Below, in pieces: positions 25,778 to 38,394 of a DNA stretch of 64,000 nucleotides. The stretch is from Callorhinchus milii. Lineage: Eukaryota. The notes beneath the pieces were generated by a model, which was not told the DNA's origin, made no database searches, and saw nothing but the letters and a program-made list of their open reading frames with translations. Numbering within the stretch: position 1 is the stretch's first letter; each line of letters starts with the position of its first letter. The DNA lies in contig NW_024704743.1 of assembly GCF_018977255.1 (NCBI RefSeq), forward strand, positions 19,098,001-19,162,000. The letters run 5' to 3'. A program made the translations under genes and the position numbers.

Positions 25778-25859
25778 CTGTAAAAACACAAAACCAGGCA
25801 GGAGATTATCAAAGGATGGACTCATGTAGACAGCTTCTGTCATTCTAATTCCAATACCT
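25778..25859 (-). CDS. NSUN6: NSUN6 coding exon 6 (GIGIRMTEAVYMSPSFDNLLPGFVFLQ)
   Basis: 82 nt, AG/GT flanks, frame-consistent. Confidence 0.95.
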
Positions 25860-27552
25860 CTGAGAATAAATAAAAAAAAAGAAAAATATACTCTATATCT
25901 TTAATATCATAAAAATAATTTTTAAAAAATCCTATATTAAGACGGCCTATAAGAAATTTCGACAATTCGCCTCAATCTTAAATTTTAAGATAAAATGGTC
26001 TTATAGACTAAGACTAGGCAGATCGCCAGGCCTTTTAATTTCTAGAATTGCAAACTTCCCTACCCTCCACCCCTCTTGATTCCAACTCCCAGCTCGCGCT
26101 TCGCCCACAAAATATAGTCCATTCACTTTACAATATATTCTGTGAAGCGTTTTGAGATGTCTCAGCAGCATGATAAGGCGCTATGTCAAATGTAAGGATT
26201 ATTATTATGTTATAATTATATATTATTATTATACATTATATAACTGTCCGGTGCCTTGGGACATCCTTCCGACATGAAAAGAGCTATATATGCAAATTGT
26301 TACTGTATGTTAGGACCATTTAATTGAATAAATGTAACCAATCTAAACTATTACCAAACTACAAAGTCAATTGTATTTCTATCTGTACATAAGAGATACA
26401 GCACTGCTTTTTCGGTGAGCAGTCGGCCAGCTTTCTGCAGTGACATTACCAGTCATGTGATCAATGTCACAACCTGGCATAAACCGGAGCATATTCTCAG
26501 CGCACTCTGTTAAAGCTGATATTTTCTGGATTCCAATTGTCACATTATAATGGGGTTCTCCTGGATATTCTACTCCATGCTTGTACATTAACCAACAGGC
26601 AAATTATATGAGATTACCATGGGACATTTAATAACAATAATCCTTCCATTTGATATAGCGCTTTATCACACTGTGTACTTTGTGGTGAAACGTGGCAGCC
26701 AGTTTGCATACAGCAATGTCCCACCAACAGCTATGGAATGAGTGACCAATTTTATTTGGGGGATTGTTGGCCAGGACACCAGGAGAAATTCCCTTCTCTT
26801 TTTGTATAGTGTTAGGATCTTTAATATTTATCTGAACAGGCAGACGTTCAACATCTCAGGCAAAACAGTTTAACGCCTCCGAGGGATGCCATCTCTGACA
26901 ATTCAAATGCATCCCAACACTGCATTGGACTGTCAGCTTAGACTACGTTCACGTCCTGACGTAGGGCTTGATCCCACATTCTTCTGATTTGGAGATGAAA
27001 TTAATACCACTGAGTCAAAGACTTGTAATTTTACATCAATGGAATCCTTTGCACATATTGTATTGTACATATTATTCTGCAAATTTCCTTCCTTGTGCTA
27101 TCAAGTCTTGCAAGAGGCTTATTAATTGTATACATATGTCCTTTAGTGCTATGCTTCCAGTTCAAAAGAGATATTCTGCTTCATCTACAATCCAGCTTTT
27201 CAAATATTTTTTCTCCAGAGCAAACAAGTGGTAGAGCAAAGCTCCCTCTACACCCAACAATCGTCACATTTATATTCAAGGGGATTGCAAAACCAGTTCA
27301 AATAGACATCAATCTTCAGTGCTCAGAAGGGACCTCCACTGGAGCTAACTACTCTAATGCCAATTCTTTGATGCTTTTCCACATCATTTAATATTTCTCT
27401 TCTTCATTTTTCCGGTTCCCTTTTAAACATTACTATGGTTAACCCATAATACCCAAACATTGTTCCATGATTTTAATCCTGTGCATAACGGGGGGAGTTC
27501 ATTTGGAATAGATACAAAACCACAACTGCCCACTTCCTTGCAGACTATTTAC

Positions 27553-27706
27553 CTTAAAGTGACACCAGAACAGAATACTTGATCGCGGCTTAGTTCGGCA
27601 ATTCCATTCCCCACAAACACTTTAGGTCCCGTAAATTCTTTCGCTCCTCTTTTGCATTTCCCATCAATGTCTGAATAAACAGAAACCACAGCACCAACTT
27701 TCATAA
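27553..27706 (-). CDS. NSUN6: NSUN6 coding exon 5 (MKVGAVVSVYSDIDGKCKRGAKEFTGPKVFVGNGIAELSR...)
   Basis: 154 nt, AG/GT flanks, frame-consistent with neighbours. Confidence 0.96.
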
Positions 27707-27961
27707 CTGAAACAAAAATAAAAAGTTAATATTGTAATATCAACAACAACAAGAATCCATTTATAGAGCGCCTTTCACATCGGGAGGACGTCCCAAGGCA
27801 CTGGTCTGTGGACAAATAAATATCACATTAAGAAAGACATTTTATGATTTTTGAGTGAACTATCACATCATGTTTAAGTTAAATATGGTATCACCCGATG
27901 ACATTAGGTCATCTCCAGGCTTTAATTTACATTCTGAAATGTTTCTTATACAACCATCGTA

Positions 27962-29470
27962 GAGTCCTGTATCTCAGTGGTTAGAGCACTCGCCTTGCAA
28001 GCAAGACATCCGGGTTCAATTCCAGGCAGGGTGAAACCTTGGGCAAGTTTCCTTACTCCACACGCCTAATAATAATTCCACCAAAACAAAAAAATAATAA
28101 ATTGGTCATTTTCAATCCACGCCTGTTTGTGGGACACTGCTGTGCGCAATTGGCTGCCACGTTTCACCCACAAATATAGTCAATTTACTTTACAGTCTTC
28201 ACTTTACTGCGCTTGTGAAAGTCACAAACGACATCCTCTCTATCTGTGACCAGGGCTCCCTCTGCCTCCTTGTCCTCGTGGACCTTTCCGTCCCGTTCGA
28301 CAGTCGATCACGCCATCCTCCTCCACCGCCTTTCCTCCGTCATCCACTTCAGTGGGACCGCACTCGCCTGGTTCGAGTCCAACCTCATGAACTGTCAGCA
28401 GGACATCTGCATAAACGGCTTCTCCTCCCGCTCTCACCCGTTTACCTGTGGGGTACCCCAAGGATCCATCCTTGGTCCCCTCCTCTTTCTGATCTACATG
28501 CTCCCTCTTGGGGATGTCATCCGCAGACATGAGGTACATTTCCACATGTATGTGGATGACACCCAACTCTATTTTTCCACCTCTCGTTGCGACCCCCAGT
28601 CCTCTGATGTTCTGTCAGACCTCAGGGTCTAGATGAGCGCAAATTTCCTTCAGCTGAACGCTGACAAGATGGAAGTCATACTCTCTGGCTCTTGTCAATG
28701 TCTAAAATCTCACGATTCTCACCTCCTCCACCTACCCGACCTCCCACTAAAACTCTCCAAACCCGTACGCAACCTAGGCATTAAGTTCGACCCCCAATTA
28801 TCGTCCCTCACCAGCACCGCTATCTTCCATCTCCGAAAGCCGCTGAAACCCTGATCCATGCCTGTCACCTCGCAGCTGGACTATTCTAACGCCCTCCTCG
28901 CTGGTCTCCCCTCCACTACCATCCATAAAATCCAGATTATTCAAAACTCTGACGCCCACATTCTCACCCGCACAAAACTCCACTCCCCGATTACTCGTCC
29001 TTGCCAGACTGCACTGGCTGCCTGTCCCAGAGAGGATGGACTTCAAGATCCTCAGCCTTGTCTTCAAATCCCTCCACTCCTCTGCACCCCCCTACCTCTC
29101 TGACCTCCTCTGTCCTCAAAACAGTGCCCGTTGCATTCGTCCTCCGGGTCTGGCCTCCTCGTCCTCCGTGCCTTCAGCCACTATGCCCCGAGGCTCAGGA
29201 ACTCCCTTCCTCACTCCCTTCGCCTCGCCCCCTCTCTTCCTATGTTCAGGTCATTGCTGAAGACCTTTCTTTTCGACCGCGCCTTTGGTCACCATCCTCC
29301 CCCTTCTCCTGGCTCAGCCCCGGGATCCGTTACTGTGAAGCGCTGAGACGCCGTCCGGCGTGGAGGGCGCTATACAAATCCAACTTGTTGTTGTTGTTAT
29401 GCTGTGAAGCGCTTTGAGACGTCGAGAAGACGTGAAAAGCACTATATCAAATGCAAGGATTATTATTATA
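27962..29470 (+). mobile_element. SINE split into 27962-28196 and 29399-29470 by an L2 insertion
   Basis: The two parts are collinear with the SINE consensus. Confidence 0.85.
28200..29398 (+). mobile_element. L2-clade LINE fragment nested inside a SINE
   Basis: [17 protein letters not shown]...FHMYVDDTQLY; (TTG)n tail. Confidence 0.92.
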
Positions 29471-30108
29471 ACCATTGACATAAATGAACAATCTGCAACC
29501 TTCTATTATGTAACTGGCTAGGTGGTTAGATGTGCAAATAGATCCAATGGTGACTTCTCAAATATTGTGGTGGAATAATAACTTATATCCATCAGAGTCT
29601 GACTGAAATAAGAAATTTGCCATAGCAGGAAGAGAAATCCAACAGTATACCCCCATTATGTCCAATTGCCATAAACCATTTCACTTAAAAGGGAACTGGA
29701 TTTATTTGCAGAAAAACTATAACTATATAAGGGATCAAGGAAATAACAGGAAATTGGGAATAGTGTATATAGCTCCAGTGGAGTAGCTTCAAATATACTG
29801 CTTGCATTTATACTTCAGTGAAATAAATCCATTTCCTCCCAAATCATCTTTACTGGCTGTCAAAAAACAGATCACTTTGCAAACATGTGCCATAACCCTG
29901 AGGTAATAACAACAACAAAATTACATTTGTAAATACTGCATCTTTAGCATTGGTTTGACACTAAATTGTGTGTTGAATCAATAATGTTCAGGCCAAGTAA
30001 TTGGATATTGGAATGATCACTTGGATTTAACCATAAATTTAAGCTTTTATTTTCAACAAAGGAGGGTTTAAGAAAAAGGTGGAAGTTAACTAGCAAATTG
30101 CTACTTAC

Positions 30109-30218
30109 ATTTTGGTGCTGACAGAATGCCAGGAGCAAAAACATGGGCTCCGCGAAGCACAGCATTTCCACACTGAGCTCCCACAATCACTTCAGAGGAG
30201 TGCCTATGTAGATTTATT
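30109..30218 (-). CDS. NSUN6: NSUN6 coding exon 4, PUA domain (EVIVGAQCGNAVLRGAHVFAPGI)
   Basis: 110 nt, AG/GT flanks; PUA signature. Confidence 0.96.
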
Positions 30219-30424
30219 CTGAAAATAGTGATAACACACATTTGCAAATAAAGTTGCCGAGGTTGCCTGAGGATTTCATTCATGGCCTTCAATTCTTACT
30301 CGTTGCAAAATAACTTTCTATTTTACCCACAAAATACTGTATAAGAATAATAATCATTGCATTTTATGTAATGTCTTATCATGTTGTGGAAATGTCTCAA
30401 AGGGCATCTCAGGACATACTGTAA

Positions 30425-31010
30425 ACAACAACAAATTACATTTGTATAGTGCCTTTCCCGTCAGGAGACACTGGACAATCACTGATTTGGACCTGAGCAG
30501 GGGGTTGGCATCAGAGGGTTGGAGGACAGGGAGGATTGGGCCAATGCTCAGTCAAAGAGAAGGATTTTGAGACGTTCTTTGAAGGAGGCAAGGGAGGGAG
30601 CAAGATCAAGGTTCCAAAGCCTTGAAGTTCATGTATTTTGAACTCTATCCTCTGGGGCATCATCGTCCAACAGTTAGCCAGACCTGGCCTGGTGGGTGGT
30701 GGTGGGGGGAGGGATGGAGGGAGGGGGGGGGAAAGAGAGTGGGGGAGGGGGTGCGGAGAGGGAGGGGGTGAGAGGGAGGAGGGTGGAGAGGGAGGGGGGG
30801 ACGTCAATGAGTCTCTACAAGGAGATGGCAAGGAGGTGGAGCTGGGAGGTAAGGAGGAGGGTAGGGATAAGGTCAAGGAAGCAGGTGGTGGTTTAAATTT
30901 GGTTTATGATGATGGTCAGAGGGGGAGACAGGTTCGAAAGTGTGGTGGGAGGGATGGGAAGGTCAGTGTGAGGTGGAGATGGGGATGGGGTAGCAGTTGG
31001 AAGGCCAGAG
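30425..31010 (-). mobile_element. L2 decayed fragments
   Basis: L2 tail (CAA)n; PQRIEFKI peptide. Confidence 0.65.
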
Positions 31011-31181
31011 GTGGTTATTTTCATTTAATATGTTATATTTTTCCCACATATCAAGCAAGAAATAATTGGGATTTTTGTACTTCAATACCAAATCGCCCTC
31101 CATCAAAACTATCTGATTTTTAATTTTCAAATGCTAAATAGTTAACAATTTTCCATGCAAAATATCACCACACCAACATAC

Positions 31182-31270
31182 CTGGGCCCAATAACAGGAA
31201 TTAGTAAAACATCTGGAAGTTTTGGATGCTCTAATACTGGAATGCTGTTCGTGGTCCATTCCTTAAATTG
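31182..31270 (-). CDS. NSUN6: NSUN6 coding exon 3 (QFKEWTTNSIPVLEHPKLPDVLLIPVIGPR)
   Basis: 89 nt, AG/GT flanks; HP.L.DVLLIPVIGPR motif. Confidence 0.93.
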
Positions 31271-31929
31271 CTGTGTAAATAAACACGATTAATATGTAAA
31301 ACTTTTTTTAAAAATAATAAATAATACACTTGCACCTGATAACATAACATCTTATGTTGAAATGTTTCAAGTGAAAAATTAACCAGGAGATGCAAGTTGT
31401 AGGCTAACAATGTTTTCAACATTACTCACTTTTAGCTGGAAGTTGCAAATTCCAAATTAAATGGAAATATTATACTTTAGAGCAATGATTGTACGTTAAA
31501 TACTATAATATAATGGTAACTGTTCGAAAAGACAATGTTCTTCTGAAAGGCATGCATTTAAGTCAGTTTTAAGTCAGCTGCCATTTCATGTAGGTAATAA
31601 GTATGTAAATTATGAGCTACAGATGATAATCATATTGGGGTTGGAAAGTGGTAGCAAGACTTCCATCTTGGCAGCAGAAAAAGCACCTGCGCGAATAACC
31701 CACGTCTTTGCCAGTGAAACCCCTGTGTACACACTGACTTGTGAAACCTTAACGCTGACCAAGATAACCTTGAGGACTTGGCAGTTACGGTGATGTACCA
31801 AATGTTCTCTACAATAGACAGTTCATGTCACAAAGAGCCTTGTTTAGCAGTTGGTTATCTGGGCCAATAGAAAAGTGAGGCTGCACTTTTCCCATGGAAT
31901 CCGCTACAAACACCCTCCTCTGCTCCAAA

Positions 31930-32395
31930 CCCGTGTGCCTGGCGCTCTGTCTGTGCCCGTACGTGTGTCTGTCGCTCTATCTGTGCTCGTGTCTGTAGCC
32001 CTGTCTGTCCGTGTGTCTGTCGCTCTGCTGTGCGTACGTGTGTGCCTGGCGCTCTGTCTGTGCCCATGTGTGTCTGTCGCTCTGCCTGTGCGCGTGCCTG
32101 GCGTTCTGTCTGTGTCCGTGCGTGTGTCTGTTGCTCTGTCTGTGTCGCTCTGTCTGTACCTGGTGCCGTCTGTGCATGTGCGTGTGTCTGTCGCTTTGTC
32201 TGTGCGCATATGTGTGTCTGGCGCGGTCTGTGCCCGTGAGTGTGACTGTCGCTCTGTCTATGCGTATGCCTGTCGCTCTGTCTGTGCGCCTGCGCGTGCC
32301 TGGCGCTCTGTCTGTGGCCGTGCGTGTGTCTGGCGCTCTGTCTGTGCGCGTGTGTGTGCACGTGCGTGTGCCTGGCGCTGTCTGTGCACGTGCAT
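31930..32395. repeat. Degenerate GT/CT-rich minisatellite (~26-28 bp unit, GTGCCTGGCGCTCTGTCTGTGC-like)
   Basis: Direct reading of the sequence. Confidence 0.9.
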
Positions 32396-32601
32396 TGGCA
32401 GTAGAATGTACATCAATAGCACCAACCTTCTCCCGCAATTTCCCGCACAATGAACAAATCTCCCTGCAATTTTTGGCAAATATTTCTGTACATTTCTATT
32501 GGCCCAGGTCATCAGCAACTATTCGTTTCTTGAGCAATTTTTTTTCAACTGTATTATGAAATAAAATCCTTGAGTATGAACCAACTTGAAAGGAGACAAA
32601 C

Positions 32602-32757
32602 CTTTTGGATCTCTTCAATCAACAGCTTTTTAACATGGCCAATTGTGGCCAGGCAGGTATTGACTCTGACACTTGTGAAAGCCGGAGGATGTGACAAACG
32701 ACTTAACAGGGCTTCAAACTTAATCTCAGTCTCCTCAGATCCCAAAGTTGCCAGAAG
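32602..32757 (-). CDS. NSUN6: NSUN6 coding exon 2 (LLATLGSEETEIKFEALLSRLSHPPAFTSVRVNT...EEIQK)
   Basis: 156 nt, AG/GT flanks, phase 0-0; LSHPP...VRVNT motif. Confidence 0.95.
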
Positions 32758-33057
32758 CTAAATAAAAATGAACATCTACAAATTAATAAAATAGTGATTC
32801 AAAGCAGGATCCTCTAACAATTGCAATAAGGTTTGATACGATGTCTACTTGGATTTATATACCTTCTTAATTTTTAAATTAGTCCACCATATCTTCAGTA
32901 AATTCAAACAATAATCTAAAGAAAAACACCAACTTCCTGTGGAGTAGACACAATTCTTGAACCCCACAGCAAAACTGTATTTTTAAACTGTTACTTTAGG
33001 TTTTTTTTCAACAAATACAGTAGTGTCAAAGGGTTCTCTAAATAACCTCTTGAAATA

Positions 33058-33358
33058 AATAATAATCCTTACATTTGATATCGAGCCTTGTCACATCTTC
33101 GAGGCTTCTCAAAGCGCTTCACAGAATATACTATAAAGTGAATGGGCTGTATATTTTGTGTGTGAAACGCTACAGCCAAGTGACCACATTTTTTTAAAAA
33201 AGGATTTGCCGATTGACTAAAAAGCGTGTTCCTATTTCCTGCTAGGTAAACAGACTTGTGGAGTAAGGAAACTTTCCCCATGTTTTACCCTACATGGAAA
33301 CTGAACCCAGATTCTCTTGCTTGCGAGGTGAGTGCTCTAACCACAGAGCTACAGGATG
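33058..33358 (-). mobile_element. Diverged SINE
   Basis: tRNA-like head and tail recognisable. Confidence 0.75.
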
Positions 33359-34046
33359 CCACAATTGGCAAACCCTCACCTTTGGGTCACAACGTTGTGA
33401 GGGTAAGGCCACGTCGGGACTCTGAGGTAACACTCTCGGCTGATACAGTAGTGCAGTACAGACGAAGTGTTCCATTGTTGGGTTGATCATTCAGCTGGGG
33501 GGAGGGGAAGAGAGGTAAATGGGATCTTCTTTGAACTGTAACTGAGTTGGCTCCAAGGTGATGTGCTTGGCAACGGAATGTCAGAATTGAGTTAACTAAC
33601 TGCAGCAGTCTCAACAATCCAGTTCCTAAGTCGTGTAGGTTTGCTGTACTCCAGGGCAATGCTGATGACAGACCAGCCAGCCAGACTCATAGGCAGGACT
33701 TGGGAGGGATAGACCAGTCACTTGGAGCGGGGATGTTTCCCATTTGGAGAGAGAAAACATTCCATTCCAGTCACAGGGAAATCTCCACGTATGGCTGGCA
33801 TATATATGTGAAACTCTGGTTTGAGTTTTCTTAAACAAGATTCCACATGTGTCAGCCATCAGGTGAACCAAAAAAATTACATTGTTGGAATGTCATTCTC
33901 CAGATGAGATGTTAAGTAGAGGTCCCATCTGCTGTTTATGTGCATGTTAAAGATTGCAATTCGAAAAGAGAAAGCAGTCTTTCCCCGGCTGACAATCCTC
34001 CAGATAAAATTGGACATTCATTTTACAGCTGTTTATGGGGCATTGC

Positions 34047-34145
34047 TATAAGGACAGGTAACTGGGGTTGAGGTAGATCACCCATGATCTTATAGAATGG
34101 CGGAACAGGCTCGAGGGGCTGAATGGCCTATTCCTGTTTCTATGA
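34047..34145 (+). mobile_element. CR1 3' tail fragment
   Basis: Reverse complement of the CR1 tail at 3040-3110 (GGCTCGAGGGGCTGAATGGCCTA.TCCT). Confidence 0.75.
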
Positions 34146-34665
34146 ACTTCAAGCTATGGAACAATTCATCAGATAGATGAAAAACAATAGGGCATCCTAA
34201 TATACAATAGGACATCCTAACTATACAATATAGAGTCGGACGATATACGTCATGTGATTGCCAGGATGGTGGCAGGCGACTGGATAGACCTTGGTCTTCC
34301 TTTGACTAGCAAATTCTTATGTTCTTATCCAAACTCAGTGAGTGGCCAACATACAAAAAAATATTAATAATGTCAAAGGATGAAAAATTTAATTTATAAT
34401 ATGCTTAACAATATTTTGCAACCAATTCTAATTTATTCCTTAGGTTTCTGAAGAGTTTGCGCGATGTTCAAATAGGCCAAAGGGCCTTCTTCACCATTCT
34501 GTACCTCTCTTGTAATAAGTACTGTATGATTTTGTAATATTCATTTTGCGTAATTTGTGTTATTAATTTAAAAACTGCAAGTTAACTTGTAGATTAACAG
34601 GGCACAAATTTTTAAAGTTTTCTAACAATTTCCAAAAAGCACTAATAATTGCAATAAGACCTTAC

Positions 34666-34743
34666 CTCTCGATTTGTAAACACATTTCGGAGATATTCTT
34701 CAACCTCAGACTTCAGAGAAATTTTGGGAAATACAGGAACCAT
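34666..34743 (-). CDS. NSUN6: NSUN6 coding exon 1 (start codon; MVPVFPKISLKSEVEEYLRNVFTNRE)
   Basis: ATG at 34743; matches recalled human N-terminus (MSIFPKISLRPEVENYL); GTAAG donor after 34666; the exon's acceptor lies upstream at 34785. Confidence 0.93.
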
Positions 34744-36839
34744 TTCTACTTATTCATTCACCTCACAACAGCCAAAGGTTCATCACTGAAATAAAATGAC
34801 GATAAATTAATATAATTAACGTATATAGTATTAAACACTATGCAGAAATGAGCTTCATTACTGACTTATTATTTCATAAATTCAATGTGCTACAAATCTT
34901 GATCAGCGGCAACAATGAAAACTACTTGCAGTGATTTATTTTTCATGAAATTCTGCCCCCCATTTACATAGAACTATGAAAGCATATATCTGAAAAAACT
35001 ACGTCACAATTGAATTCTTGATCAAATAACTAATTTCTTCTAAAATTTTCTGACATAATTTGCTGTAGGCTGTCTGTAGGATGTATATTCCCTACGCTAC
35101 CATGAACTGTCCATCTTCCTTCTTCTGAGTCTGAAGTTGTGTATTTTGTTTCACAGTCCAGTGTTCCAGATTGTTTTCATGATTACACAAATTTTCAGTT
35201 ATGTTTAGTCATGCCCTTTAAGATCTAAATAGCTTAAGAGGTTCTTCCCTGAGCTTTCTATTTCGTGTCAACCTTTCCAACTTACATAGCATTGCTGTAT
35301 GCCCTCCAATATCAAGATGTCCTTACTGTAATAAAGCAACTAGTATTCAGGATTATTCAGGACTCCATGTGGAGGTAGACCAACACCTATACCACTTCAT
35401 TAATAACTGCCTGTGACATATTCTCTGACTTTAGCTATCTTTAAGTTGTCTTGCTTCTTTTAAGTGCTGTGAATTCAGTGATTCAATCTCAGCTGGAGTA
35501 TTGCACCAATTTATGCAACACATACAAACAGTAATTTTCAAGAGATTACCCTGCAACTTTACTTTTTTTGTTATCGAGGTGTGCAGCTTGAAATATGTAT
35601 TCAGGTTCAGAATTTGCAAGTCTGTCTGTATACTATTTCAGTGCAGGAATCCCAGTCAAACACAATTTCAAAAATGAATTACACATGAAAGCAATTTAAC
35701 TCTAGCAGTGTTGAAAACAGATGCTCCAACCAAGAGAATATAACACTTTTAAAATATAATTAAAATATGAGGGTTTTTGTTAAAATCAAGTTTACTTCAA
35801 CTCAGTACTGTATCAGAAAACAGTCAGTTTGAAGGGTTTGAAGTATTTCAACTCGAATCTTCTAAAGCTCACATACATTTGGAACAAATTTAACAACCTT
35901 CTCTGCAAGTCAATTTACTCTTTGAGGGACAACCCGCTTGTGCATTTTTCAACTTGCACATTGCAATACTACTTTATGAATGATTAGGGTTGATAAATCG
36001 TAAGAATATTTGGTTATCTTAATCTTTTAGATTTTTCAGACTTGGGGTAAAGACACAACACAGCTTTAAGGAAAACAAAAAAAATTCAACAAACTAAATA
36101 TGCCATAAATCTTTCATTCGATAAAGCACATCGAAACGTCTCAAAGGACTTCATATTAGTTTTGCTGCAAAAGTGTAGTGACTGTGTACTTGTAGGCGAA
36201 CAAAACACGGCAACCAATTTGCACCAGCAAAATCCCACAAACAGCCAGGGAATGAGTGCCCGATTTTACTCATTCCAACGGGGGGGTATCGTTGGCCGGG
36301 ATACCGGGAGAAACTCAGACTGAACCCTCTCAAAGTCCCGACTCGGGGCTGGAACCCCAAAACCTCGTGGCTCCGGGACGCAACCCTGCGTGAAGGGGGC
36401 TATAATATAATATAAATGCAAGTTGTTGCTGTTGACTCAAGAGTACCATTTGACACATTATTACACGGACTGCCCCTCCTCTTCGGCCGTGCTTTCCATC
36501 TCCCCGCCCTCCCTCCCCCCCTCCCCGCCCCTCAGCTCAGGTCCGAAACACAAGTCTGTCCGGCACCTTGGGACGCCCTCCCGATGTGAAAGGCGCTTTG
36601 CGCAAATGTACTGTTGTTGTTGTGGTTGCAGCAGCTCTGGAGGGTTGATGAACACTTACGACATCGTTTGCACCAGCAACAAAAAAAAAACACCTCAATC
36701 GAGCGTCAAGCGGCTTAAACACACAGCGCGGGGATCCCGATTCCACATGTGCTCCACGCTGACACCGAGAACGTTTTTTTTCCCCCTCATGAAAAGAAAC
36801 TGCTGCCCCAACCCTGTCAGCAAGCAAACCAAATTGGCC

Positions 36840-37190
36840 GCGGAGGGAGGGAAGGAGGGAGGGGAGGGAGTCACTCAAACCGTCACCTCCCCGTTCAAAT
36901 CTACCGACTCTCAACCGCCACCATCGCTCGCTCGCGCTCACTTCGCCTCTAACCGGGAGACCCGCGCATGCGCCGTGCCGAGCCACTCGCGAGCGAGGCC
37001 CGCGCGCATGCGCCGCCACGCTCGGCGGCTCCGGCACACATGCCTTCAACGGACATCAAAAGCCGTAAGCCCCGCCTCCTCTCGGACTCTCCGGCTCCCT
37101 GAATGGTTCGCTCGACTGTCAATCAAACGACGCTGCTTCGAGCGCCGTCCAATCAGAAACACGCAGAGAGGAAGCCCCGCCCCATGAATT
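36840..37190 (-). promoter_or_regulatory. NSUN6: NSUN6 CpG-island promoter and probable non-coding first exon (candidate donor GAG|gtgac after 36887)
   Basis: CpG-rich; two NRF1-type GCGCATGCGC motifs (~36964, ~37004); CTCGCGAG palindrome; CCAATC (~37149); GC box (~37175). Confidence 0.7.
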
Positions 37191-37249
37191 GGCAAGTTGC
37201 AGCTCATCATCCATAAATGTTGTCAATGAGACCAGACCATCACCAGCCC

Positions 37250-37385
37250 TGTTCTGATGAAGGGTCGTGGGCTCAAAACATTAACTCACTTTCCTTTCTC
37301 CATGGATGCTGGCTCTCCTGCTGAATGTTCCCAGCGACTTCTGTTTTCCTTTCAGATTTCCAGCATCTGCAGTATTTGGTGTTTT
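37250..37385 (+). mobile_element. Penelope-like terminal-repeat relic with decayed hammerhead core
   Basis: CTGATGA-AGGGTCGTGGGCTC-AAAACATT followed by TTTCAGATTTCCAGCATCTGCAG, resembling a common shark repeat as I recall it. Confidence 0.55.
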
Positions 37386-37387
37386 GT

Positions 37388-37790
37388 TGACAACAACAAA
37401 TTATACTTGTATAGCACCCTTCACATCGGAAAGATGTCCTGGGGCGCTGGACAATTAAAGGTTTTGAACCCGAGCTGAGAGTTGGGATCAGAAGGGGAGA
37501 AGGGCAGGGGTGGGAGGGTGGCTGAAGGCATGATCGATGAGGAGGGTTCTTCAGATGGGACTTGGTGGAGGCAAGAGATGGGGTGAGTTGGGGGGATTGT
37601 GGTAGAGTTCCAGAGTGTGGGGGCAGAGGTGCTGAATGCCCGACTGCCAATGGTGGAGCGGGAAGTGCGGGAGACCTGAAGCAGGCCGGGGTCTGCCAAG
37701 TGGACAGGCTGATATGGGGTTATGAAGTTGGAGAGGTAGGGTGTAGCAAGCCTGTGGAGGTCCTTGAAGGTCAGAAGGTTGGAGTCCTAT
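37388..37790 (-). mobile_element. L2 3' fragment
   Basis: TIGSRAFSTSAPTLWNS peptide; L2 tail. Confidence 0.8.
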
Positions 37791-37823
37791 AGCTCAGTAG
37801 TTAGAGCACTCATTACCATGTTG

Positions 37824-38103
37824 ATAATAATAATAATAATCCTTGCGTTTGATACAGTGCTTTTCATGTCTTCTAGATGTCTCAAAGCACTTCACAGAAT
37901 AGACCGTAAAATGAATTGACCATATATTTGTGGGCGAAATGCAGCAACCAATGGCGAAATGCAGCAACCAATTGCGCACAGCAGTGTCCCACAAACAGTC
38001 GTGGATTGAAATGACCAATTTATTATTGTTTGTTTTGAGGGATTATTATCAGGCGGTAAGGAAACTTGCCCAAGGTTTCATCCTGCTGGGAATCGAACCC
38101 GGG
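37824..38103 (-). mobile_element. SINE between the NSUN6 and ARL5B promoters
   Basis: Same family. Confidence 0.85.
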
Positions 38104-38394
38104 CCTCATAAGAGAACAGAGAATCGACTGAAAATGATGGGTTTCCACTCACCATAACAACAACTTGGATTTATATAGTGCCCTCCACGCCGGACAGCGC
38201 CTCAGCTGCGTTTCACAGTAACGGATCCCGGGGCCGAGCCGTAGGGAGGGGGAGGACGGTGACTGAAGGCGCCGTCGAAAAGAAAAGTCCCGGCTGAATG
38301 CAAACGTGATGCGTTAGTATTACAGGATCTATATCAAACGTGATAAGGAGGCGGTGGAGAGCCTGATGGTGTTTGTTTGGTAAGTAGATGGAGG

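Noticed and set aside
31851..32559. Overlapping 100-200 aa ORFs on both strands
   Set aside because: Artefacts of a stop-poor minisatellite
36423..37187. 254-aa and 170-aa ORFs
   Set aside because: Span an L2 tail and a GC-rich promoter; no recognisable domain
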